From: Anaerolineae bacterium
Lineage (GTDB): Bacteria; Chloroflexota; Anaerolineae; SpSt-600
Assembly (NCBI GenBank): GCA_025062375.1
Contig: JANXAG010000002.1
Coordinates: 2,101-66,100, forward strand
Direction: 5' to 3'
DNA length: 64,000 nt
Positions within the stretch are counted from its first letter, which is position 1; the number at the start of each line of letters is the position of its first letter. The position numbers were made by a program, and so were the translations under genes. A model generated the notes under the pieces. That model made no database searches, was not told the DNA's origin, and worked only from the letters and a program-made list of their open reading frames with translations. Below, in pieces: positions 48,833 through 58,500 of this stretch.

Positions 48833-51538
48833 ATGCATAGATTGCCTAAAACCTATGACCACAAAAAGGTGGAAGAACGAATATACAAAATGTGGGAGGA
48901 AGGTGGATTCTTCACCCCCAAAATTGACCCCGCCAAAAAGCCCTTCGTTATTTCTATGCCACCTCCTAACGTGACTGGGGAACTTCACCTGGGCCACGCT
49001 ATAACCGCCTCCATTGAAGACCTCATGATCCGATACCACCGGATGAAAGGCGACCCCACCCTGTGGGTTCCGGGAGAGGATCATGCAGGAATAGCTACTC
49101 AGAATGTGGTAGAAAGGGAATTAGCCAAAGAGGGCCTAACCCGCCACGACCTCGGAAGAGAGAAATTTGAGGAAAGGGTCTGGGAGTGGGTCCGGAAATA
49201 TCGCTCCATAATCGCCAACCAGCACCGACGCCTGGGAGCCTCCTGCGATTGGACCAGGGAACGCTTCACTCTGGACGAAGGACTGAACCGAGCTGTAAGA
49301 GAAGCTTTTGTCAGGCTTTATGAAAAAGGACTTATTTACCGGGGGGAGTATATAATAAACTGGTGCCCCCGCTGCGCCACAACCCTGGCCGATCTGGAGG
49401 TGGACCACGAGGAAGAAGAGGGGACCCTCTGGTATGTCAAATACCCCCTTGTAAACGAGCAATGGAAAGGCCCTCAGGGAGAATGGGGGACTGGGAACTG
49501 GAGCAAGGGTGCCACTGAATTCATCATTGTGGCTACCACCAGGCCCGAAACCATCCTGGGCGATACAGCTGTAGCCGTTCACCCTGATGATGAACGCTAT
49601 AAACACCTGGTAGGGCGCACCGCCATCCTGCCGGCCCTCGGACGTCCGATACCCATAATAGCCGATGAAGCTGTAGATAGAGATTTTGGTACCGGAGCAG
49701 TCAAAGTTACCCCTGCCCACGACCCCACCGATTACGAAATAGGTCGCCGCCGGGGGTTGCCTGCTGTAAACGTCATGAACGCAGATGCCACTATGAACCA
49801 GGAAGCAGGCCCTTACCAGGGGCTGGACCGTTTCGAGTGTCGCCGTCGTATACTTCAGGATCTGGAAAAAGAAGGCCTCATCTCCAAAACAGAACCGCAC
49901 CTCCACGCTCCAGGCAGATGTTACCGTTGCCAGACCCTCATAGAACCCCGGATATCAATCCAGTGGTTTGTTCGCTCCAAACCCCTCGCCGAAAAAGCTA
50001 TAGCCGTAGTCAAAGAAGGCCAGATCCGCATCATCCCTGAAAGGTTTGAGAAAGTTTACTTCGACTGGATGGAAAACATCAAAGACTGGTGCATAAGCCG
50101 ACAGCTCTGGTGGGGACACCGCATCCCCGTCTGGTACTGCGATGATTGTGGAGCAGAAATGGCCCTCCGGGAGGATCCTCAGAATTGTCCCAGATGCGGA
50201 AGCACTAAAATACGTCAGGATGAGGATGTCCTCGATACCTGGTTCAGCTCAGCCCTGTGGCCTTTTTCCACCCTGGGCTGGCCCGATGACACCGAAGACA
50301 TGCGTTATTTCTACCCCACCACTGTAATGGAAACAGGCTACGACATCCTCTTCTTCTGGGTCGCCAGGATGATCATGATGGGCCTGGAATGCACGGGCAA
50401 AATCCCCTTCAGTATCGTTTACCTCCACGGCCTTGTGCGGGATGAGAAGGGCCGTAAGATGAGCAAATCCCTCGGGAACGTCATAGACCCCGTGGATATC
50501 ATGGACCGTTACGGGACCGATGCCCTTCGCTTCACCTTACTCACTGGCTCCTCTCCCGGGAGTGACATGAAGCTTTCCCTTCAGAAAGTTGAAGGAAGCC
50601 GCAATTTTGCCAATAAACTGTGGAATGCAGCCCGCCTCGTCCTCTCTAACCTCCCCAAAAGCTGGAGACCTCAGGGGATCCCGGAAAGAGAAAAGCTCCC
50701 CCTGCCCGAACGCTGGATCCTTTCAAGGCTTCAGAACCTTATAAAAGAAGTCACTGACCTTATGGAAGCTTTCCAGTTCGGGGAAGGGGGCCGCAGACTC
50801 TACGAGTTCATATGGGGTGAATACTGCGACTGGTACCTGGAATTGATAAAGCCCAGGCTCTATGGGCTCGACCCCCAGGCCACGGATCTGGTAAGGGAAG
50901 TAGCGGTTCACGTCCTGGATAGAGTGTTGCGCCTTCTCCATCCCTACATGCCTTTCATTACCGAAGAGCTATGGAGCTACCTTCCCAATACCCATACTCC
51001 TCTCATAGTTGCCCCCTGGCCTGAATTCAATCCAAACTTTCTGGATGAAGGAGCAGAGAAGGACCTGGAACTGTTCATAGAAACAGTGCGAACCATACGA
51101 AATGCCCGGACTGAATATCGAGTTGAGCCTGGCAAGCGCATCCACGCCATAATTGCGGCAGGGGAAAAAACCTCAATTTTTAATTCCCTCAGAAAAGAGC
51201 TTGCCTTCCTGGCGCACTTGGATGAGGAAAAACTCACCATAGAAGAGGAAGTTCACTCCAGGCCACCCGGCGCAGTTGCCCTCACAGCCGGAACCATTGA
51301 AATTTACCTTCCCCTGGCTGAGATTATAGATCTGGAAGCGGAAAGGAAGCGGCTTCTCAGGGAAAAGTCTGAGGCAGAAGAGGAAGTTGCCCGGGCCGAA
51401 GCACTCTTAGCCAACAGAGAATTTCTGGAAAAAGCCCCCCAGGAAGTTGTGGAAAAACACAGAATAAGGTTAGAGGAGGCAAAAGCCAGGGCCGAAAAAA
51501 TCGCAAAGCTCCTGGAAGCTATAACCCCACAACAGTAA
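48833..51538 (+). CDS. valS: valine--tRNA ligase
   Basis: 901 aa with the HIGH motif PPNVTGELHLGH, the KMSKS motif, a CP1 editing domain, and a C-terminal coiled coil. Confidence 0.95.
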   Translation: MHRLPKTYDHKKVEERIYKMWEEGGFFTPKIDPAKKPFVISMPPPNVTGELHLGHAITASIEDLMIRYHRMKGDPTLWVPGEDHAGIATQNVVERELAKEGLTRHDLGREKFEERVWEWVRKYRSIIANQHRRLGASCDWTRERFTLDEGLNRAVREAFVRLYEKGLIYRGEYIINWCPRCATTLADLEVDHEEEEGTLWYVKYPLVNEQWKGPQGEWGTGNWSKGATEFIIVATTRPETILGDTAVAVHPDDERYKHLVGRTAILPALGRPIPIIADEAVDRDFGTGAVKVTPAHDPTDYEIGRRRGLPAVNVMNADATMNQEAGPYQGLDRFECRRRILQDLEKEGLISKTEPHLHAPGRCYRCQTLIEPRISIQWFVRSKPLAEKAIAVVKEGQIRIIPERFEKVYFDWMENIKDWCISRQLWWGHRIPVWYCDDCGAEMALREDPQNCPRCGSTKIRQDEDVLDTWFSSALWPFSTLGWPDDTEDMRYFYPTTVMETGYDILFFWVARMIMMGLECTGKIPFSIVYLHGLVRDEKGRKMSKSLGNVIDPVDIMDRYGTDALRFTLLTGSSPGSDMKLSLQKVEGSRNFANKLWNAARLVLSNLPKSWRPQGIPEREKLPLPERWILSRLQNLIKEVTDLMEAFQFGEGGRRLYEFIWGEYCDWYLELIKPRLYGLDPQATDLVREVAVHVLDRVLRLLHPYMPFITEELWSYLPNTHTPLIVAPWPEFNPNFLDEGAEKDLELFIETVRTIRNARTEYRVEPGKRIHAIIAAGEKTSIFNSLRKELAFLAHLDEEKLTIEEEVHSRPPGAVALTAGTIEIYLPLAEIIDLEAERKRLLREKSEAEEEVARAEALLANREFLEKAPQEVVEKHRIRLEEAKARAEKIAKLLEAITPQQ

Positions 51539-51551
51539 AAGGAGAGGAGCC

Positions 51552-52514
51552 ATGAACGAAGAATACCCTCTGGCTGAACTACACCGCCATCTGGATGGAA
51601 ACATACGTCTGGAGACAATACTGGACCTGGGCCGTAAACATCGTCTCCCTCTTCCAGCGTGGGACGTAGAAGGGCTTCGTCCTTACGTTCAGGTCTCAAC
51701 GCCTCAGCCCGGTCTCTTAGCTTTTTTCACCAAGTTTGAGTGGATGAAAAAGGTGCTGGTGGACTACGATGCCTGTCGCCGTGTGGCTTATGAAAACGTG
51801 GAAGATGCCTTCAGGGAAGGGATCAAATACATTGAACTGCGTTTCTCCCCTCTTTTTATGGCCGAAGAACACCATCTGGACCCCGTGGGCGTGGTAAGGG
51901 CTGTGTGCGAAGGAGTTGACCAGGGTATGAGGGATTTCCCGATTGAGGTGCGGCTCATAGGAATTCTATCCAGAACTTATGGGCCCGAACTTTGCTGGAA
52001 AGAACTTGAAGCTATCCTCAAAGGCCGCGATGAAAAACTCATAGGGGTGGACCTTGCGGGAGATGAAATCCACTTCCCGGGTAGCCTTTTCGTAGAGCAC
52101 TTCCGAAAAGTGCGAGAAGCTGGCCTTCACATTACCATTCACGCTGGAGAAGTCACAGGCCCTGAAAGCATCCGTCAGGCAGTTCTGGAACTGGGAGCCG
52201 AAAGGATTGGACACGCCACCTCCGCCGTAAAAGACCCATCCGTTATGGACCTGCTGGCAGAAAAAGGCATAGGCATTGAGGTATGCCCCACCAGCAACCT
52301 CCAAACAGGTGTGGTGAAATCCTACCGTGAACACCCATTACCCGTATTCCTGGAACGAGGCCTCTTAGCTACCCTCAACACCGATGACCCAGGAATAAGC
52401 AACATCACCTTGGAACATGAATACAAGGTAGCAAGAGAAGAGATAGGCCTGAGCGAAGAGCAAATCAGAAAGCTAAAGGAAAACGCCTGGAAGGTGGCCT
52501 TTAAACCCCGCTAA
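51552..52514 (+). CDS. add: adenosine deaminase family protein
   Basis: Metal-binding ELHRHLDG N-terminus, HAGE motif (ITIHAGEV), and C-terminal TLNTDDP. Confidence 0.8.
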   Translation: MNEEYPLAELHRHLDGNIRLETILDLGRKHRLPLPAWDVEGLRPYVQVSTPQPGLLAFFTKFEWMKKVLVDYDACRRVAYENVEDAFREGIKYIELRFSPLFMAEEHHLDPVGVVRAVCEGVDQGMRDFPIEVRLIGILSRTYGPELCWKELEAILKGRDEKLIGVDLAGDEIHFPGSLFVEHFRKVREAGLHITIHAGEVTGPESIRQAVLELGAERIGHATSAVKDPSVMDLLAEKGIGIEVCPTSNLQTGVVKSYREHPLPVFLERGLLATLNTDDPGISNITLEHEYKVAREEIGLSEEQIRKLKENAWKVAFKPR

Positions 52515-52579
52515 TTTGGCGGAGAAGCCCTTAAATGGTAAAATTGATGTGAAGTTAAACCCTTCTCGGGAGGTAAGCG

Positions 52580-52981
52580 ATGAAGCTTGATCCCAGAGCC
52601 CGCTATACCAAAACCCATGAATGGGTCAGATTGGATGGCCCTGAAGCCACCTGCGGGATAACCGATTACGCTCAAACCCAGCTTTCCGATGTAGTCTATG
52701 TGGAGCTCCCAGACGTAGGAGATGTCTTCTCCCAGGGCGATGCCTTTGGGGTTATCGAATCTGTAAAAGCTGCCGCCGATTGTTATATGCCCATGAGCGG
52801 ACAGATTACCGCTGTAAACGAAGCTCTCTCCACTGCCCCTGAGCTTGTCAACAAAGACCCCTACGGCGAAGGCTGGCTCATCCGTTTCCGCCCCACCAAG
52901 CCTTCCGAGTGGGATGCCCTCATGAGCCCTGAGGAATACGAGAAATTTGTAGCTGAAGAAGAAGCCAAGGGAGGTCGCTGA
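52580..52981 (+). CDS. gcvH: glycine cleavage system H protein
   Basis: 133 aa with the lipoyl-lysine motif IESVKAA. Confidence 0.9.
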   Translation: MKLDPRARYTKTHEWVRLDGPEATCGITDYAQTQLSDVVYVELPDVGDVFSQGDAFGVIESVKAAADCYMPMSGQITAVNEALSTAPELVNKDPYGEGWLIRFRPTKPSEWDALMSPEEYEKFVAEEEAKGGR

Positions 52982-54324
52982 TGAATAACCCTTATATCCC
53001 TTCTACCGATAAAGATCGGGAAGAAATGCTCCGGGCTATAGGCGTGGAAAACATTGAAGAACTCTTCTCCGACATCCCCCCTCAGGTCCGATACGTGAAA
53101 TTCAACCTTCCTGAACCGCTTTCCGAGGTTGAAATCCTGCGGGAAATCCGTCAGATGGCCGAAATGAATGCTGACCTGGATCATTACACCTGCTTTTTGG
53201 GGGCTGGAGCTTACAACCACTTTATACCCAGCGTTGTCAAGCATATCCTGAGCAGGGGTGAATTCTACACCGCTTATACCCCCTACCAACCGGAAATAAG
53301 CCAGGGCACCCTTCAGAGCATATTTGAGTATCAGACCATGATTTGCCAGCTTACAGGCATGGAAGTGGCCAACGCCTCCCACTACGATGGTGCAACTTCT
53401 ATGGCCGAAGCAGCCCTTATGGCCTACAACATACACCGCCGCAAGCGCCGCAAAATCATCGTTTCCCCAGCCGTCCACCCCGAATACCGTCAGGTTCTGC
53501 GCGCCTATATCCGGGGCATGGATATGGACGTAATAGGAGATGAAGATCTGGAAGCTGACATCCATGACCTTTTGAAATTTTTGGATCAGGATACCATCTG
53601 TTTCATCATCCAGAACCCCAACTTTTTCGGCGAACTGGAACCGGTGGAAGGCCTGGCGGAGAGAATCCATGAGGTTGGCGCCATCTTTGTGGTGGTGGTT
53701 GACCCAATATCCCTCGGGCTTTTCAAGCCCCCTGGCCAGTATGGAGCCGACATAGTTGTAGGAGAGGGGCAGCCCCTGGGGAATCCTGTGGCCTTTGGTG
53801 GGCCATATCTGGGGATATTTGCCACCAAAATGGAATACGTCCACAGGATGCCGGGGCGCCTTGTGGGAGAGACAGTGGATGTCGAGGGTAAGCGAGGCTT
53901 CGTGCTGACCCTTTCCGCCAGGGAGCAACACATACGGCGCGAGAAGGCTACCTCCAACATCTGTACCAATCAAGCCCTCTGTGCTTTAGCCGCTGGTGTT
54001 TACCTGGCTACCATGGGCAAAGAGGGGCTGAGGAAAGTGGCCGAACTCTGCTACCATAAAGCCCACTATGCCGCCAGGCGTATCGGAGAGATCCCTGGCT
54101 ACCAAGTGATCAACAAAAAACCCTTCTTCAAAGAGTTCGTGGTGCGCTGTCCTATCCCTCCTGAAGAGATAAACCGTCAGCTCCTTCAGCACAAAATCAT
54201 TGGCGGGTATGATTTAGGCCGCGACTATCCACATCTTAAAAATTGCATGCTCCTGTGCGTGACCGAAATGAACACCAGGGAGGAAATTGACCGATTGGTG
54301 GATCTGCTTAAAGCAATGGCTTAA
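52981..54324 (+). CDS. gcvPA: glycine dehydrogenase (decarboxylating) subunit 1
   Basis: 447 aa with GcvPA N-terminal region similarity (YIPSTDKDREEML...TAYTPYQPEISQG). Start overlaps the gcvH stop. Confidence 0.9.
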   Translation: MNNPYIPSTDKDREEMLRAIGVENIEELFSDIPPQVRYVKFNLPEPLSEVEILREIRQMAEMNADLDHYTCFLGAGAYNHFIPSVVKHILSRGEFYTAYTPYQPEISQGTLQSIFEYQTMICQLTGMEVANASHYDGATSMAEAALMAYNIHRRKRRKIIVSPAVHPEYRQVLRAYIRGMDMDVIGDEDLEADIHDLLKFLDQDTICFIIQNPNFFGELEPVEGLAERIHEVGAIFVVVVDPISLGLFKPPGQYGADIVVGEGQPLGNPVAFGGPYLGIFATKMEYVHRMPGRLVGETVDVEGKRGFVLTLSAREQHIRREKATSNICTNQALCALAAGVYLATMGKEGLRKVAELCYHKAHYAARRIGEIPGYQVINKKPFFKEFVVRCPIPPEEINRQLLQHKIIGGYDLGRDYPHLKNCMLLCVTEMNTREEIDRLVDLLKAMA

Positions 54325-54329
54325 ACTCA

Positions 54330-54360
54330 ACTGTGAGCGAGACAATCTCCTGTGGGCAGA
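54330..54360. repeat. copy B of the same intergenic motif (ACTGTGAGCGAGACAATCTCCTG)
   Basis: 14 of 16 core positions match copy A, including the ACTGTG prefix. Confidence 0.3.
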
Positions 54361-54550
54361 TAATCAAGGGCGAGAAAGTGTCAGAGGAGTTTGATGGTGC
54401 TCTATAGGAGCCTTAAAATCAGGAAACGATCAGCCAGCTTGCCCCCAAGTGGGACTTTTAACCGTAGCGAATCTCAGACCTACAATGGTGGGAAATAATC
54501 GGGGGTTGAAAGGAGCGAAAACCCTTTGTTCCTGGGGCTGAGAGATATAT

Positions 54551-54589
54551 TTGCTTCGCTCTTCGCGGGCAAAGCGAAGCAATATCTTG
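54551..54589. repeat. copy C of the motif inside a 10-bp-stem hairpin (TTGCTTCGCT ... AGCGAAGCAA)
   Basis: Perfect 10-bp inverted repeat with a 12-nt loop, then the AGCGAAGCAATATCTTG core. Confidence 0.3.
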
Positions 54590-54646
54590 ATAGCAGGATT
54601 TAAAGCACAGGCAAGCTGTTGTTAACCTAATAATCGGAGGTGGCCT

Positions 54647-55513
54647 ATGGAACACGTCAAAATAGGCATTATTGGAGGAAGCGGCCTTTACAAAATGGAA
54701 GGTTTTACTGACGTAGAAGAGGTGAAAGTTTCGACCCCCTTCGGTGACCCATCCGACGCCATAGTAATAGGGACTCTGGAGGGAAAAAGGGTCGCTTTCC
54801 TCCCAAGGCACGGCCGTGGCCATCGCATAATGCCCAGCGAAATTAATTACCGGGCCAACATCTGGGCTCTTAAATCCCTCGGCGTCGAAAGGATAATAGC
54901 CGTAAGCGCTTGTGGCTCCATGAAAGAGGAAATCGCCCCAAGGGACATCGTCATTCCAGATCAGCTCTTTGACCATACCAAAGGGAAAAGAGCTTATTCT
55001 TTCTTCGGAGATGGGATAGTAGTCCACGTATCCTTTGCTGAACCGTTCTGCCCGGAACTCTCAGAGCTCGTTTACCAAGCTGTGAAAAAGACTGGCGCAA
55101 GAGTCCACAGAGGAGGAACCTTTATCGTTATTGAGGGGCCTCGTTTTTCATCAAAAGGTGAATCCCGCATCTACCGTCAGTGGGGTGTGGATATAATCGG
55201 GATGACGGCCTCTCCAGAAGCCCAGCTGGCCCGAGAAGCCGAGATCTGCTACTCAGTAATGGCTCACGTTACCGACTACGACGTCTGGCATGAAACCGAA
55301 GAGCCTGTTACAGCTGAAATGGTGATAAGAAACTTGGAAGCCAACGTGAAAATAGCTCAAGAAGCTCTCCGTTACCTCATTTCCGCTATCCCCGAAGAGA
55401 GGACCTGCGCATGCTCGCGGGCCCTGGCTGATGCCATCGTCACCCAGAGAGATCTTATTCCCCAGGAGCTCAAAGAAAAACTTCGTTTGCTCATAGGCAA
55501 ATACATTCAATGA
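54647..55513 (+). CDS. mtnP: S-methyl-5'-thioadenosine phosphorylase
   Basis: N-terminal IGIIGGSGLY and PNP/MTAP fold motifs. CGGAGG ribosome-binding site. Confidence 0.85.
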   Translation: MEHVKIGIIGGSGLYKMEGFTDVEEVKVSTPFGDPSDAIVIGTLEGKRVAFLPRHGRGHRIMPSEINYRANIWALKSLGVERIIAVSACGSMKEEIAPRDIVIPDQLFDHTKGKRAYSFFGDGIVVHVSFAEPFCPELSELVYQAVKKTGARVHRGGTFIVIEGPRFSSKGESRIYRQWGVDIIGMTASPEAQLAREAEICYSVMAHVTDYDVWHETEEPVTAEMVIRNLEANVKIAQEALRYLISAIPEERTCACSRALADAIVTQRDLIPQELKEKLRLLIGKYIQ

Positions 55514-58500
55514 TTATCAAAATCCGGGACTTGTTATCCAGACCCAAAATTTTACTGGCCTTAGGGATTGTTCTGGCTCTTCTTGCGGGAGCGGGTGTAT
55601 ATTTCAACCTGCTTACATTGAAGAAGCCCGCTCTGTCCCCTTCTCAGAAGGAATGGCTTGCCCGCAAAGGCAAAATCGTAATCGCTGGGGATTATGCTTT
55701 TCCTCCGTTTGAATACGTGGAAGGGAACGAGTACAAAGGCTTCAACGTAGACCTGGTCTATTCCCTCGCTCTCAACCTGGGTGTAGAAGTTGAGATAAGG
55801 CCGATGCTCTGGGAAGAGGCGCGCAGAGCTCTGGAAGAAGGCCGGGTTGATGCCATCCAAGGGATGCGCTATACCCCCGAAAGAGCCACCATTTACAGCT
55901 TCTCCCGCCCATTCCTCCAGAGTTACTCCACTATCTTCATCCTGGCAGACCGCCAGGGTATCTCTTCCGTTAACGACCTTAAGGGCCTCAAAGTAGCAGT
56001 TCAGAAAGGCGATGTCTCATACGATTACCTGAGCACCTTGCCCGAAATCAACATCCTGGCAGTTGAAACCCAGGAGGAAGGGTTAGAACTTCTCCTGGAA
56101 GGAAAGGTAGATGCCTTCGTTGGAAACAAATGGGTCGGCCTTTTCATCCTTAAGAAAGCCGGAGCCGAGGAAAAGGTAAAAACAGTAGGGGCTCCCCTTT
56201 TCCCATCCCCTTACTGTATGGCTGTCAGGAAGGGCGAGGAAGAACTTCTCTCCATCCTTAACACTGGCCTTGAGATCCTGGAAAGCAACAGCACCCTGGC
56301 AGCTCTTTATCAGAAATGGTTTGGCACCTCTGCGGAGATTCACCCCAGAATAGCAGTTATGCCTTTGCTTATCCGCGTCTCTGGACTTGTAATTTTCCTC
56401 TTTTTAACAACCTTCTTCCTCTACATCTGGAACTTAACCCTTCGCCGGGAAGTGCGCAAAAGCGTGACGGTCGAAAAAACTCTGCGAGAACGCCTCAAAG
56501 CCCTCTACGAGCTGAGCCGTAAACTCCCCCTCCTCTCAGATGAACGGGAGATAGCCCAAGTAGTAATAACCATAGCCCGGGATGTGGTGGGAGTTTCCTC
56601 ATCCAGTCTCTGGCTTCTGGATGAAAGCCGTGGGGTTCTGGTAGAACTGAAGGAAGGTGGGGGAAGGGAGCTGAGCCTCTATTCTGAAAACATCGTCTCG
56701 CGCGTGGCCCGCACCGGCGAAATTTCCCACCTTGCTGAGGCCCAGAGCGATCCTCAATGTGCTGAAATCTATCCACAAGCCGGAAGTTGCCTCTGCATTC
56801 CTATCCATGCTGCCGGGAAAATCCTTGGCGTTCTGGTGGGGACTAAAGAGGTAAAAAGGGGATTCTCTCCCGATGAGCAGGAACTCCTGGTAGCCCTTGC
56901 CGAACAAGCCTCGGTAGCTCTGGAGAATATAAAATTACGCCGCGGCCTTGATGCTCAGCTTCAGGACCTCGCCCAGGAAGTGCTCCACAGAACCTTGATT
57001 CAGGAAATAGCCTCTTTGGCCAGCTCTTCCTTTGACATCCGGAAAATATTGAACACAGCGGCAGCCAAAATCGTGGAAACTCTGGGAGTAAGCCACTGTG
57101 CCATCATACTTTTTGATCTGGACAAAATGGAAGGGACGGTGGAAGCCGAATTCCCGATTCAGGATTCCCTGGGCCTGAAATTTGACCTCAGAACCTATCC
57201 AGCTTTGTCTTACCTTATAGAAACCCGCAAACCTCTTGTCGTCCCCGATGTGGAAGCTGAACCTCTTCTGGAGCAGATCCGCACTCTTTTGGCTATGGCC
57301 GAAATCCGTTCGCTCCTGTTTATACCTCTAATCCATCAGGAAAACATTGTCGGCTCCATAGGGATTGAAGTTAAAGGGGAAAAGAGGGAGTTCTCCGCCA
57401 CCGAAATACAACTTCTCCAGGCTGTAGCCTATCAGCTGACAATGGCCATCCAAAATGCCCGCCTCTACCATGAAATCCAAACTCGTTACCACCAGCTTGC
57501 CTCCCTTCAGGATTCCATAAGGGTGTTAAACTCTTACCTGGACCTTGATGGAATTCTCTCCCTGCTCAAGGGGTTAATCATCGGGCTTCTTGATGCGGAC
57601 CGCAGTGCAATTTTGTTGTTTGACGAGGAGAAAAAACTCCGGTGCGTGGCCAGCGATGGCCTCTCCGCTGGTTACGTATCCTTGATTGAATCCCTCCAGA
57701 TATGGCCCCCGGACCTTGAAGAAGCCCCGCCTCCTTTGATGGTAAGCGACATTTTGAAAGACCCATTCTTCATCAGCATTCGCGGAGCCACTATGGACGA
57801 AGGCATAAGTTCTGCTCTCTACCTTCCCCTTTTCCACCGGGGGAAACTGCTGGGAAGTATAGCCATCTTCTGCGATGAGCCTCGCTACTTCTCCCCAATG
57901 GAAATCTCCATCGCTCGCGCTATTGCTGATCAGGCCGCAGTAGCCATAAATAATGCAATCTTGTTCCGGGAGGTAAAGAAGGCTGGCGAAGAATGGGATG
58001 AAACCTTTAACGGAATCCGTGAAGGCATCGTTTTAGTGGATCCAGGCTTTCGCATCCTCAGGGCCAACGAAGCTTTCGGAAAATTGGCGGGGCTTCCTTG
58101 CAGAGAACTGATCGGTCGCACCGTTTACGAAGTTTTTCCATCCCTTCGCGATATCCACCCTCCTGTTACCCCTCAAAATATACCCAATGGCAGAGAAAAA
58201 CTCTGGCACCTCAAGAACCGGACCTTCCGAATAATTCACCACCCAATAATAGGCGTGACGGGTTTAGTGGAGAAAATGGTGGTAATCTTTGAAGACATAA
58301 CGGAAAAATTAGCCCTGCAGAATCGCCTCTTGCAGACCCACACTCTGGCTTCCCTGGGCAAGATGGCCTCGGCTCTGGCCCACGAACTCAACAACCCTCT
58401 GGCTGTAATCCTTGGATATGCCTCTCTTCTGCAAATGGAACCTATCCCTGAAAAAGTAAGGGAAGCATTGCAAGAGATGGAAGCTAATGCCCGAAGGGCA

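Noticed and set aside
54325-54646. SAM (S-box) riboswitch upstream of mtnP.
   Set aside because: There is only scattered similarity (ATCAAGG, GGTGCT) and the conserved S-box core is absent.
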